Positions 1 to 9,465 of a stretch of DNA of 32,000 nt are shown one piece after another. Under the pieces are notes generated by a model. It ran no database searches. It saw only the letters and a program-made list of their open reading frames with translations, and was not told where the DNA came from. Source of the DNA: Prochlorococcus marinus subsp. pastoris str. CCMP1986 (GTDB lineage Bacteria; Cyanobacteriota; Cyanobacteriia; PCC-6307; Cyanobiaceae); contig NC_005072.1 in the NCBI RefSeq assembly GCF_000011465.1, positions 870,001 through 902,000 of the forward strand. The letters run 5' to 3'. Each line of letters begins with the position of its first letter. Position 1 is the first letter of the stretch. Both the position numbers and the translations under genes were made by a program.

Positions 1-1089
1 GCTGGCCAAGGAACAATTGCCATTGAAATAGAAAAACAAGTCAAAGAACCACCAGAAGCAATATATGTTGCGGTTGGAGGAGGAGGTTTAATAGCTGGTA
101 TTTCTTTATACATAAAAAATATTTGGCCACAAGTAAAAATAATTGGTGTAGAGCCTGAAGATGCTGATGCGATGACTAAATCCCTAAATAACTCAAAATT
201 AATAGAATTAGCATCAGTTGGTCAATTTGCTGATGGCGTAGCAGTAAAAAAAGTTGGAGAAAAAACCTTTGAAATCGGAAGAAAATATATCGACAAAATG
301 ATAACTGTAAATACTGATGAAATATGTGCCGCTATTAAGGATGTTTTTGAAGATACCAGATCAATCCTAGAACCAGCTGGAGCTCTATCTATTGCAGGAA
401 TGAAAAAGGATATATTCGAATCTAAATACGCAAACAAAAATATGATTGCCATCGCATGTGGTGCAAATATGAATTTCGAAAGACTACGATTTATAGCAGA
501 AAGATCTGCACTTGGAGAGTACAAAGAAGCAATGTTTGCCGTTGAAATACCAGAAAAAGCGGGCAGCTTAATTAATTTCTGTAGTTTGTTAAATAATAGA
601 AATTTAACAGAATTTAGCTATAGGATGTCCAATTCAGTTAATGCTCAAATATTTGTAGGAATCGAGGTTAATGGAGTAATCGATAAAGATGAACTATTAC
701 AAGAATTTAGGAAATCAAATTATCCTTTTATAGATATAAGTAATGATGAATTATCTAAAAATCATCTAAGACATATGGTAGGTGGTCGTTTGCCTCAAAA
801 ATTCACCGTACTTGAAAAATCAAAATATATTGAATTGCTATATAGATTTGAGTTTCCAGAAAGGCCAGGAGCATTAATAAATTTTCTAAAAAATATGAAA
901 TCAAATTGGACAATAAGCATCTTTCATTATAGAAATCATGGTTCTGATGTAGGAAAAATTGTTATAGGAGTATTAATAGATCGTGCTGAAATTAATTACT
1001 GGAATAAATTTGTTGAATTCTTAGGATATAAATACTGGGACGAAACTAATAATCAAACATATAAATTATTCCTTGGTGCATCTGATTAA
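1..1089 (+). CDS. ilvA: Biosynthetic threonine dehydratase (threonine ammonia-lyase), 5'-truncated by the window edge
   Basis: Frame 1 is open from base 1 (AGQGTIAIEI...VAVGGGGLIAG, the glycine-rich PLP loop) and continuous with the 172..1089 ORF. The C-terminal half has two repeated ACT-like regulatory segments (FAVEIPEKAGSL.. and RFEFPERPGAL..), typical of IlvA. Confidence 0.9.
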   Translation, partial: AGQGTIAIEIEKQVKEPPEAIYVAVGGGGLIAGISLYIKNIWPQVKIIGVEPEDADAMTKSLNNSKLIELASVGQFADGVAVKKVGEKTFEIGRKYIDKMITVNTDEICAAIKDVFEDTRSILEPAGALSIAGMKKDIFESKYANKNMIAIACGANMNFERLRFIAERSALGEYKEAMFAVEIPEKAGSLINFCSLLNNRNLTEFSYRMSNSVNAQIFVGIEVNGVIDKDELLQEFRKSNYPFIDISNDELSKNHLRHMVGGRLPQKFTVLEKSKYIELLYRFEFPERPGALINFLKNMKSNWTISIFHYRNHGSDVGKIVIGVLIDRAEINYWNKFVEFLGYKYWDETNNQTYKLFLGASD

Positions 1090-1170
1090 AATAAGGTAAC
1101 TTGGGAAAGAATTAGGTATTAAAAAATTAATAAAGTTGATCTAATTACAAAAAAATTAACCGATATAAGT

Positions 1171-1653
1171 TTGGTTACAAGAGTTGAGGCTGTTCTTTAT
1201 CTTAAAGGTAGACCAATATCAAAAAAAAATCTTTCAGAAATTACTAATGCGGATATTAATTCTATTGACAAGGCATTAAGGGAATTAAAGGAAAAATACT
1301 CAAACACAAAATCTGCAATAGAATTAAATGAAATTAATAGTTGTTATTGTCTAGAGTTAAAATCAATTCTAAATGAATTTGTGGAAGATTTATTACCATC
1401 TGAATTAAGAACATCAGAATTAAGGACACTTGCAACAATTGCAATTAAGAAAAAAATACTGCAATCAGATCTTATAGTTTTAAGAGGGTCAGGAGCCTAC
1501 GACCATATAAAGGAATTAACAAATAAAAAATTTATTATTAAACGTAAGCAAAAAGATGGTAGATCTTATTGGCTATCATTGTCTGAAAAATTTTTTCAAA
1601 CTTTTGCTGTAAGCAATGAATATTTATCGCAAATAGGCGGCAATAAAAAGTAA
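1171..1653 (+). CDS. scpB: Segregation and condensation protein B (ScpB)
   Basis: 160 aa with a TTG start. The N-terminus VEAVLYLKGRPIS and the later TLATIAIKKKILQSDLIVLRG fit the two winged-helix ScpB pattern (..EAlLF..g.P.. / ..etLAiIAY.qPiT..ei..iRG). Confidence 0.75.
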   Translation: MVTRVEAVLYLKGRPISKKNLSEITNADINSIDKALRELKEKYSNTKSAIELNEINSCYCLELKSILNEFVEDLLPSELRTSELRTLATIAIKKKILQSDLIVLRGSGAYDHIKELTNKKFIIKRKQKDGRSYWLSLSEKFFQTFAVSNEYLSQIGGNKK

Positions 1654-1675
1654 ATGTTACAATTAGCTAAACTAC

Positions 1676-1963
1676 TTGAAAATAATGTTGTCTGAGATTT
1701 TTGCGGTTTTAGGTCAAACCTTATCAATTTATTCATTTATTTTGATCATTAGGATATTACTTACATGGTTTCCTGGAATAGATTGGAGTAATGGAATATT
1801 ATCAGCATTAACGTCAATAACAGACCCATATTTGAATATATTTAGAGGAATAATTCCTCCAATTGGTGGCTTTGATATTTCATCGTTGTTAGCTTTTCTA
1901 CTTCTTAATGTTATCCAAAACCTTATTACTAATCTTCAATATGCCAGCTTAGGATATGGTTAA
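1676..1963 (+). CDS. ycf19: YGGT family membrane protein (Ycf19-like)
   Basis: Small two-TM protein with the YGGT-type motif IIRILLTWFP ... DPYLNIFRGIIPPIGGFDIS. The real start may be the ATG at 1685 (MLSEIF..) rather than the TTG at 1676. Confidence 0.8.
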   Translation: MKIMLSEIFAVLGQTLSIYSFILIIRILLTWFPGIDWSNGILSALTSITDPYLNIFRGIIPPIGGFDISSLLAFLLLNVIQNLITNLQYASLGYG

Positions 1964-1966
1964 AAT

Positions 1967-2296
1967 TTAACGATCATCTCCGGAACCAGAAATTTTACCC
2001 TTAGCTGCTCTTAACTTCAATTTTTCTAAATTTTGTAAAGCAACTTCTTCTAATTCGAAATTGAATTCATTGCAAAGATTAGATATATACCATAGAACAT
2101 CACCTAACTCTTTTTTTATCCCTTTTTTAGATTCTTCATCAAAAATACCTTTTTTATCTCTAATTACTTTTTTTACTTTTTCTGCAACTTCACCAGCTTC
2201 TCCAACTAATCCTAGTGTTGGATAAATATTGTTTGAGCCTAAATTTGGATATTGGGCTGTTAAGCGAGCTTGCTTCTGATAAGTTTTAAAATCCAT
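1967..2296 (-). CDS. Small MazG-like nucleoside triphosphate pyrophosphohydrolase (single all-alpha NTP-PPase domain)
   Basis: 109 aa with GLVGEAGEVAEKVKK ... ELGDVLWY, the E-x-x-E and E-x-x-D metal-binding helices of the MazG/YpjD-type family. Confidence 0.8.
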   Translation of the reverse strand: MDFKTYQKQARLTAQYPNLGSNNIYPTLGLVGEAGEVAEKVKKVIRDKKGIFDEESKKGIKKELGDVLWYISNLCNEFNFELEEVALQNLEKLKLRAAKGKISGSGDDR

Positions 2297-2357
2297 AGAT
2301 TAAATAACTAACTTTATGTATGTTAAATTTACTTATATCTAGCAATATTATTTATAT

Positions 2358-4148
2358 ATGTCGAATATTGATTTAAAAAGGAGAACCAAGATTGTTGCAA
2401 CAATTGGACCAGCTACTCAATCAGAAGAAATTATTACTGATCTTATTAAGGCTGGAGTCACAACATTTCGATTAAATTTTTCTCATGGCGATCATAAAGA
2501 TCATCAAGAAAGAATACAAACCATAAGAAAAGTTTCTGAAAAGCTAGATCTAGATATTGGAATACTTCAGGATCTTCAGGGTCCTAAAATAAGATTAGGA
2601 AGATTTAAAGATGGTCCTGTAAAAGTAAAAAAAGGAGATAAATTCTCATTAACTTCCAATGAAGTTGAATGTACAAAAAGTATAGCTAATGTTACCTACA
2701 ACAAACTTGCCCAGGAAGTAACTTCAGGTAAAAGAATATTGTTAGATGATGGAAAAATTGAAATGATTGTTGAAAAGGTTGATATAGGAAATAATTTATT
2801 AGAGTGTAAAGTAACTGTTGGAGGAGTCCTTTCTAACAACAAAGGTGTAAATTTTCCAGATGTACAATTATCTGTTAAAGCTTTAACTGATAAAGATATA
2901 GAAGATCTTGAATTTGGATTAACTGCTGGTGTTGATTGGATAGCTCTGAGTTTTGTAAGAAATCCGTCTGATATTAATGAAATAAAAAATTTAATAAATA
3001 AGAATGGACATTCAATTCCTGTTGTAGCCAAGATTGAAAAATTTGAAGCAATAGATCAAATAGATTCAATATTACCTTTGTGTGATGGGGTTATGGTTGC
3101 ACGAGGAGACTTAGGAGTTGAAATGCCAGCAGAAGAAGTCCCTCTTTTACAAAAAGAGTTAATTAGAAAAGCAAATACACTAGGGATCCCCATTATTACC
3201 GCCACACAAATGCTTGACTCAATGGCATCAAATCCAAGGCCAACTCGCGCTGAAGTAAGTGATGTAGCTAATGCAATTCTTGATGGTACAGATGCTGTAA
3301 TGCTTTCAAATGAAACAGCTGTGGGTGATTATCCAGTAGAAGCTGTTGAGACCATGGCGACAATTGCTAGAAGAATTGAACGTGATTATCCACTAAAAGC
3401 AATTGAGAGTCACCTTCCTAGTACTATTCCAAATGCAATAAGCGCCGCAGTCAGCAACATTGCTAGACAACTTGATGCTGGGGCAATAATCCCTTTAACC
3501 AAATCCGGTTCAACAGCCCGTAATGTGAGTAAATTCAGACCTCCTACTCCTATTCTTGCTACCACTACAGAGCGATGTGTCGCGAGAAGATTGCAATTAG
3601 TATGGGGAGTGACTCCTTTATTAGTCAAGAATGACGATAGGACTGCAAAAACATTCAGTATTGCAATGCAAATAGCACAAGAACTAGGGATTCTTAAGCA
3701 AGGAGACCTGGTAGTTCAGACTGCAGGGACACTAACAGGTATAAGTGGTTCGACTGATCTAATAAAGGTTGGGTTAGTAAGAAAAGTGGTAACTCGAGGA
3801 ATATCAGTAGGGGAGATAGGTGTAACTGGCAAAGCAAGAAATATAAAGACTAATCTTGATTTATCATTGATTTCTCCAGGTGAAATTTTATTTGTACCAA
3901 AAAATATCTTAATGGATTTACCTTTCACCAAAATAATTACTGGAATAGTTACGGATGAAAATATAGATGAATGCTATAAAGTATTCAAAAAAAATAATAT
4001 TAAGATATCCACTATTTGTAATTTATCTGCTATTGACAATCTTGTATCGAACGGGGATTTAATAACGTTACAACTCAATGAAGGGGTTGTTTATATGGGG
4101 CAGATAGAAGACGATGAGGATGCACTAGATAAATATAAGTATGTCTAG
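2358..4148 (+). CDS. pyk: Pyruvate kinase with an extra C-terminal PEP-utiliser (swivel)-like domain
   Basis: RRTKIVATIGPAT, FRLNFSHG, MVARGDLGVE and MLSNETAVG are canonical PK motifs. The 596-aa length implies a C-terminal extension of about 110 aa, as in Bacillus and cyanobacterial PKs. Confidence 0.95.
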   Translation: MSNIDLKRRTKIVATIGPATQSEEIITDLIKAGVTTFRLNFSHGDHKDHQERIQTIRKVSEKLDLDIGILQDLQGPKIRLGRFKDGPVKVKKGDKFSLTSNEVECTKSIANVTYNKLAQEVTSGKRILLDDGKIEMIVEKVDIGNNLLECKVTVGGVLSNNKGVNFPDVQLSVKALTDKDIEDLEFGLTAGVDWIALSFVRNPSDINEIKNLINKNGHSIPVVAKIEKFEAIDQIDSILPLCDGVMVARGDLGVEMPAEEVPLLQKELIRKANTLGIPIITATQMLDSMASNPRPTRAEVSDVANAILDGTDAVMLSNETAVGDYPVEAVETMATIARRIERDYPLKAIESHLPSTIPNAISAAVSNIARQLDAGAIIPLTKSGSTARNVSKFRPPTPILATTTERCVARRLQLVWGVTPLLVKNDDRTAKTFSIAMQIAQELGILKQGDLVVQTAGTLTGISGSTDLIKVGLVRKVVTRGISVGEIGVTGKARNIKTNLDLSLISPGEILFVPKNILMDLPFTKIITGIVTDENIDECYKVFKKNNIKISTICNLSAIDNLVSNGDLITLQLNEGVVYMGQIEDDEDALDKYKYV

Positions 4149-5370
4149 GAATATATCTCTTAAAGAAGCCTTTAATATGGCTGGTAAAACTTTAGTTTCA
4201 AACAAATTAAGAAGTTCTCTTACTATGCTTGGAATAATAATAGGTAATGCATCAGTAATAACACTTGTAGGATTAGGGAGAGGAGCTCAAACTCTTGCCA
4301 AAAATCAATTAAGTAATTTAGGTGCAAATGTTTTATTTATTGTTCCAGGCAATAACGATACCCGAAGAAGAGGTATATCATTTCCAAAAAATCTTGTTTT
4401 AGAAGATTCAATTGCAATTAACAATCAAGTCCCGAGTGTTAAAAAAGTTGCACCACAAATCTCTGCAAATGAAATTGTTCAATCAAATTCAAAAAGCCTA
4501 AATATTTCAATTGCTGGTGTTACTCCTGAATTTCTTGACGTAAGAAGTTTTGAGGTAGATGAAGGAAGATTTATCTCCCAAAGTGACGTAAATTCAGCTA
4601 GAAGTTTTGTTGTAATTGGACCTGATCTAAAGGAAGACTTTTTTAAGGGAAACACTGTAATTGGAGAAAAAATAAGAATTAAAGATCACACCTACGAAAT
4701 AATTGGAATTTTGAAACCTAAAGGTGCTGTTTTTGGTAGCAATCAAGATAAAAACGCATATATACCTCTTACTACAATGGTTAATAGAATAAGTGGAAAA
4801 GATCCTACCTATGGAGTTAGCTTAAGTTTTATAAGTGTGGAGGCTACTAGTAAAAACAAAACTAGTGCTGCAAAGTTCCAAATTACAAATTTATTGCGTC
4901 AAAGACATAACATCGTAAGGGACGATGATTTTGCAGTTAGATCTCAAGAAGATGCATTAAATATCGTAACAAACATTACAAGTGGTCTTACATTTTTATT
5001 GGCAGGTATAGGTGCTGTCTCTCTTATTGTTGGAGGTATAGGAATAATGAATATAATGCTTGTTTCTGTAAGTGAAAGAACAGAGGAGATTGGTTTAAGA
5101 AAAGCAATAGGAGCGAAACAATCAGATATTCTTATACAATTTTTATTTGAGGCTTTAATTTTATCTACTATTGGAGGTTTGGTTGGAACAACAACCGGTT
5201 TGACAGGGGTATTTCTTCTAGGAGTAATAACTCCGTTGCCAGCTTCGGTAGGAATAACAACAACGTTGTCAACAATGATTATTTCAGGTTCAATAGGATT
5301 AATCTTTGGAGTGTTACCAGCCAAAAGAGCCTCACAATTAGATCCAATTGTTGCTCTAAGAAGTTTGTAA
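4141..5370 (+). CDS. ABC transporter permease, MacB/DevC-like (MacB periplasmic core plus FtsX domain)
   Basis: N-terminal TM, then a large periplasmic domain, then a C-terminal FtsX-type 3-TM bundle with ERTEEIGLRKAIGA...I..QFL.EA. The start overlaps the pyk stop (ATGTCTAG, 8 nt). Confidence 0.85.
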   Translation: MSRNISLKEAFNMAGKTLVSNKLRSSLTMLGIIIGNASVITLVGLGRGAQTLAKNQLSNLGANVLFIVPGNNDTRRRGISFPKNLVLEDSIAINNQVPSVKKVAPQISANEIVQSNSKSLNISIAGVTPEFLDVRSFEVDEGRFISQSDVNSARSFVVIGPDLKEDFFKGNTVIGEKIRIKDHTYEIIGILKPKGAVFGSNQDKNAYIPLTTMVNRISGKDPTYGVSLSFISVEATSKNKTSAAKFQITNLLRQRHNIVRDDDFAVRSQEDALNIVTNITSGLTFLLAGIGAVSLIVGGIGIMNIMLVSVSERTEEIGLRKAIGAKQSDILIQFLFEALILSTIGGLVGTTTGLTGVFLLGVITPLPASVGITTTLSTMIISGSIGLIFGVLPAKRASQLDPIVALRSL

Positions 5371-5384
5371 ATTTTTATTAGTAA

Positions 5385-5957
5385 ATGCTAAATGTTAGTA
5401 AAATTATTGAGGTATTTATAAGTCTCCAAATAATTATAATTTCTACATTTATTCCTGTTTTTTTCTATATTCCTTTTACTAATAAACTTATTGGGTCATT
5501 TGAAATGCCTATTACATGGCAATTACCTTCAATCGTAATAATTACCTTAATATTTACCGGTAAAATAGTAATAAAAGCATTTAGTATCTATTTAATAATT
5601 GGTTTGTTTTTTATTCCAGTATTTGACCAGGGAGGTTCATTAGGATATTTATTAACTCCAAATTTTGGTTATTTATTAGGAATGTATCCATTAATCAAAA
5701 TAATAGATATTTTAAATAAAAGAAAGCAAATGATTAAATATTATGACCTTTTAAAATACGGAATATTAGGAATATGTAGTATGCATCTTATAGGTATAAT
5801 TTATAACTGCATTCTATTTTTAAATTATAAACAATCGGAAATACTCTTATACAATATTTCAAAATACTCATTAGGAAAACTTGGATATCATTTGTTAATG
5901 CTCACACCTATAACTGTACTGTTTAAGATTTTCAATAAGAACAGATATCAAAGATGA
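5385..5957 (+). CDS. bioY: Biotin transporter BioY-like membrane protein
   Basis: 190-aa polytopic membrane protein with MPITWQ (compare BioY PiTlQ) and IPVFDQGGSLGYLLTPNFGYLLGMYP (compare GlPVF..GGg..l.gPTgGYL.Gf). Confidence 0.65.
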   Translation: MLNVSKIIEVFISLQIIIISTFIPVFFYIPFTNKLIGSFEMPITWQLPSIVIITLIFTGKIVIKAFSIYLIIGLFFIPVFDQGGSLGYLLTPNFGYLLGMYPLIKIIDILNKRKQMIKYYDLLKYGILGICSMHLIGIIYNCILFLNYKQSEILLYNISKYSLGKLGYHLLMLTPITVLFKIFNKNRYQR

Positions 5958-6415
5958 TGTTAAATATAAAAAAAAATAGATTTTATTATATTTTATTATC
6001 TATTTTAATTATTCTATCTGATCAATTTACAAAACATATTATCGAATTAAATCATACATCTTATATAAATAAAGATCTTGTATTTTTTAGTATTGAGTAC
6101 GTAAAAAATTATGGAGCAGCATTTAATATTTTAAACGGTAACAGAATTTTTTTATCCACACTAAGTACAATAATAACGTTATGTTTAATATATTTTATTT
6201 TATATAAAAAAAAATTAGATAATTTAGCTTTATTAAGCTATAGCTTTATTTTGGCAGGTACGATAGGAAACGGAATTGAAAGAATTACAAAGGGTTACGT
6301 TATAGATTTTATTAATTTAAAATTTATAGATTTTCCAGTATTTAATATTGCCGATATATCTATAAATATTGGTCTAATTATTATTATATATGGACTTATT
6401 AAAAATAAACGATAA
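5954..6415 (+). CDS. lspA: Lipoprotein signal peptidase (signal peptidase II)
   Basis: 153 aa and 4 TM, with NYGAAFN and FPVFNIADISINIG (the catalytic Asp motifs of LspA). There is a 4-nt ATGA overlap with the upstream gene. Confidence 0.85.
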   Translation: MMLNIKKNRFYYILLSILIILSDQFTKHIIELNHTSYINKDLVFFSIEYVKNYGAAFNILNGNRIFLSTLSTIITLCLIYFILYKKKLDNLALLSYSFILAGTIGNGIERITKGYVIDFINLKFIDFPVFNIADISINIGLIIIIYGLIKNKR

Positions 6416-6417
6416 TA

Positions 6418-7920
6418 ATGTACCATTTTCTTATTAAGAACTATAGATATTTATTAATTATATTATTTCTTTATTTATTATTGACGTTATTTAGAAATAT
6501 TTTAAATATTTATTCTATTTTAATCATTGTTGTTATTTTACTAATTTTTTATTATAAAAACAAAAGATTATTCAAAAAGATTGCTTATAAAATAATATTT
6601 AAGCAACAAAATAGTTTTTCTTTTAGAAATAAATATGGAGCTGCAAAAAATAGTCTTGAAGCAATAGATGAAATTAATAAAAAAATATCCAATAAAATAT
6701 ATGGAGATTTATTGAAATATGAAAAGATAAAGCTTGAGAAACAGTTCAAGCATGGAGACTATAACGTAATATTATTTGGTGCGGGATCCTCTGGAAAAAC
6801 TTCTATAGCAAGAGCACTATTGAAAAATTTAATTGGAAAGATTTCCCCAACAATTGGGACTACAAAAGATATAACAAGTTATAAAATTAGAATTCCAATC
6901 TTAAAAAGAAATATAAATATAATTGATACGCCTGGATTATTTGAAGCTTCTAAAGAAGGTCAAGAAAGGGAGGACTCTACAATAATGGAGGCATCAAAAT
7001 CAGATCTCATTCTTTTTGTAATTGATCAAGATATCAATAAATATGAACTCTATCTAATTAGAGAATTACTAAATTTGAAGAAGAAAATAATTATTGTTTT
7101 AAATAAATGCGACTTAAGATCAGAAAAACAAAATAATTTTATTAGAGAAAACATTATCTCAATTACATCTACAAAATATATTAAATTATCAGTCATAAAA
7201 ACTATTGCTACATCAAAAGTCTTCTCAAGCAATTTAGTAGACTCATTAAAAATAACTCCTGATGTAAGTAATCTATTTAAAGAGATAATAGAAACACTTG
7301 ATGCTAATGGAGAAGAATTACTAGCTGATAATATTCTTTTTAGATGTAATAAATTAGGCCAAATCAGCAAAAATGTAATATCGGAGCAAAGAAATTTAAG
7401 TGCTAATAAAATAATAAATAAATATACTTTGATTACAGGAGGAGTAATACTGTTAAATCCTTTGCCCGTTGTAGATTTTATAACAACAACATCTGTAAAT
7501 GTTCAAATGATACTTGAAATTTCGAAAACATATGATTTCAAGATAACAAAAAATGAAGCAGTCGAATTATCAAAATCATTATTAACAACTCTTGCAAAAC
7601 TTGGCATTTTGAAAGGTGGACTTAGTGTTATTACAAACGCATTAGCTTCAAATTTTACAACAATATTTATTTCAAAATCATTACAGTCCATAACCGCATG
7701 TTGGTTAATAAAAATAGTAGGTTTATCAATAAAAAAATATTTTAATAATGGAAAAAATTGGGGAGATGGTGGGATGCAAGAAGTAATTGAGGATATTTAC
7801 AAATTAAATAAAAGGGAAGATATCCTAAATAATTTCATTAGAGAAGCAATAAATAATATAAGAGTTTACGATGATTCAAAATCTCAAAGAAAATTGCCGC
7901 CATATTTGCAGAGTGACTAA
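6418..7920 (+). CDS. Membrane-associated GTPase (N-terminal TM, P-loop GTPase domain, C-terminal DUF697/YcjF-like membrane domain)
   Basis: G1 GAGSSGKTS, G3 DTPG and G4 NKCD are all present. A hydrophobic N-terminus and a C-terminal hydrophobic region (ITGGVILLNPLPVVDF...) resemble DUF697. Confidence 0.7.
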   Translation: MYHFLIKNYRYLLIILFLYLLLTLFRNILNIYSILIIVVILLIFYYKNKRLFKKIAYKIIFKQQNSFSFRNKYGAAKNSLEAIDEINKKISNKIYGDLLKYEKIKLEKQFKHGDYNVILFGAGSSGKTSIARALLKNLIGKISPTIGTTKDITSYKIRIPILKRNINIIDTPGLFEASKEGQEREDSTIMEASKSDLILFVIDQDINKYELYLIRELLNLKKKIIIVLNKCDLRSEKQNNFIRENIISITSTKYIKLSVIKTIATSKVFSSNLVDSLKITPDVSNLFKEIIETLDANGEELLADNILFRCNKLGQISKNVISEQRNLSANKIINKYTLITGGVILLNPLPVVDFITTTSVNVQMILEISKTYDFKITKNEAVELSKSLLTTLAKLGILKGGLSVITNALASNFTTIFISKSLQSITACWLIKIVGLSIKKYFNNGKNWGDGGMQEVIEDIYKLNKREDILNNFIREAINNIRVYDDSKSQRKLPPYLQSD

Positions 7921-8044
7921 TTATTTGATTGTTTAAGAAAGATCTAAAGTCAAAAACAGTAATTAATAGTAAATATAAAATACAAATTAATATTGATATA
8001 AAACCCGTTATTACCGCTATTAATTTTGATCTACTAATTTTCAT
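7838..8044 (-). CDS. Possible small membrane protein (hypothetical)
   Basis: 68-aa ORF starting 5 nt after the decarboxylase stop on the same strand. It has one clear TM segment (LIAVITGFISILICILYLLLITVF). It overlaps the 3' end of the convergent GTPase gene by 83 nt, so it may be spurious. Confidence 0.25.
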   Translation of the reverse strand: MKISRSKLIAVITGFISILICILYLLLITVFDFRSFLNNQIISHSANMAAIFFEILNHRKLLYYLLLL

Positions 8045-8049
8045 AAGAA

Positions 8050-9432
8050 TTAATTTAATAATTTCAAAAGATCATTAATATGAGATTCACTTGTATTGTA
8101 ATTCCCAAAAACTGCTCTTAGGTAATATCTATTTTTAAATAGAGGCCTAGAAATCATAAAGTTCTTTTTAAGAAGATTTGTTCTTTTATTTAAAGTCCAG
8201 GAATCTGATTCGTTTTTATTCATACCCTTTGGTAAAAAGGAAATTATATGCAAAGGACCAGAATATAAATCATATTTGTATGTATCTAAATTATTCTCGA
8301 AGAATATTCTTCTCTTAATTGATGAATTTAATACATCCTCTATTCCTCGCATTCCCAGAAATCGCAAACCTAACCATAGTTTGATAATTTCAGCGGGTCT
8401 AGAACCTTGTATTCCTAGTTCACCTCTATTAAAGAAATTGTTTTCATTAGAAACGTAAGGTAACCCTGTAGAAAATGTATTTTTAAGAATTTCAATATTT
8501 GAAACTATTAAAAGGGATGAAGTTTTTGTAATTCCAAGTATTTTTTGTGGATTAATAGTTATTGAATTCGCGAGATGAACATTAATAATTCCATTGATCG
8601 GTATATTAGTAATTGAAAAAATGCCTCCTATGGATCCGTCAATGTGTAGCCAAATATTTCTTTCATTACAAAATTTACTGATTTTATCAATTGGGTCTAT
8701 TGCTCCACGAACTGTTGTACCAAGAGTGGCGATAATAGCAAATATTCTTTTACCTTCAATAGAACATTTATCAACAGTCTTTTTAAGGTCAATCATATCC
8801 ATACATCCATTTTTATCTGTTTTGACTTTAATTAAATTATTTTTTTCAAGACCCATAATTCTAGTACATTTTTCAAATGATGAATGAGCATCTTCGCTAA
8901 TTAAATAAACGGCCTTTGGATTAGTTTCAAGTCCGGCATAGTTTCTTGCTGTGACCAACGCATTTAAATTACTTAAAGTCCCGCCACTGGCTGCAACGCC
9001 ACCTGCTAAATCCGAAAAACCTAGTTTTATTGAAAACCACTTGCAAATTGATTCCTCAAGAAGAGAAATACTTGGTGATAATTCATGTGCGAGAAGATTA
9101 TTATTTAAGCCAGCAGCAATTAAATCCCCCAAAATAGAAATAATTAATGGTGGAGGGTCTAGATGAGCAAGGGAACCTGGATGTACTGGATTAAAAGAAT
9201 TATAAATAAGACTTTCAATCTCAGAGAATAAAACATCAAAAGACTTTCCCTGTTCTCCTGGAACTGAACATACAAAGTTACTATCGATGGGTATAGGACC
9301 TAATTTATCTGAATCTGAAAACCATTTGCATATGATCTCAGAAGTTCGGTTGAGAAGTATAAGCAAACTTTCGTTACTTCCAGAAGATGTTGGAAATAGA
9401 TTGTTTTGATTATTAATTGAATCAGAAGTCAT
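8050..9432 (-). CDS. Pyridoxal phosphate-dependent group II amino-acid decarboxylase family protein (substrate unknown)
   Basis: GGTLSNLNAL, HIDGSIGG (PLP-ring Asp) and SITINPQKILG (PLP-lysine motif, compare S.T.NPHK) match the DDC/GAD/DABA-decarboxylase fold. Confidence 0.85.
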   Translation of the reverse strand: MTSDSINNQNNLFPTSSGSNESLLILLNRTSEIICKWFSDSDKLGPIPIDSNFVCSVPGEQGKSFDVLFSEIESLIYNSFNPVHPGSLAHLDPPPLIISILGDLIAAGLNNNLLAHELSPSISLLEESICKWFSIKLGFSDLAGGVAASGGTLSNLNALVTARNYAGLETNPKAVYLISEDAHSSFEKCTRIMGLEKNNLIKVKTDKNGCMDMIDLKKTVDKCSIEGKRIFAIIATLGTTVRGAIDPIDKISKFCNERNIWLHIDGSIGGIFSITNIPINGIINVHLANSITINPQKILGITKTSSLLIVSNIEILKNTFSTGLPYVSNENNFFNRGELGIQGSRPAEIIKLWLGLRFLGMRGIEDVLNSSIKRRIFFENNLDTYKYDLYSGPLHIISFLPKGMNKNESDSWTLNKRTNLLKKNFMISRPLFKNRYYLRAVFGNYNTSESHINDLLKLLN

Positions 9433-9465
9433 TCTTTAAAATAAATATTAATTAGGTTATTTATA

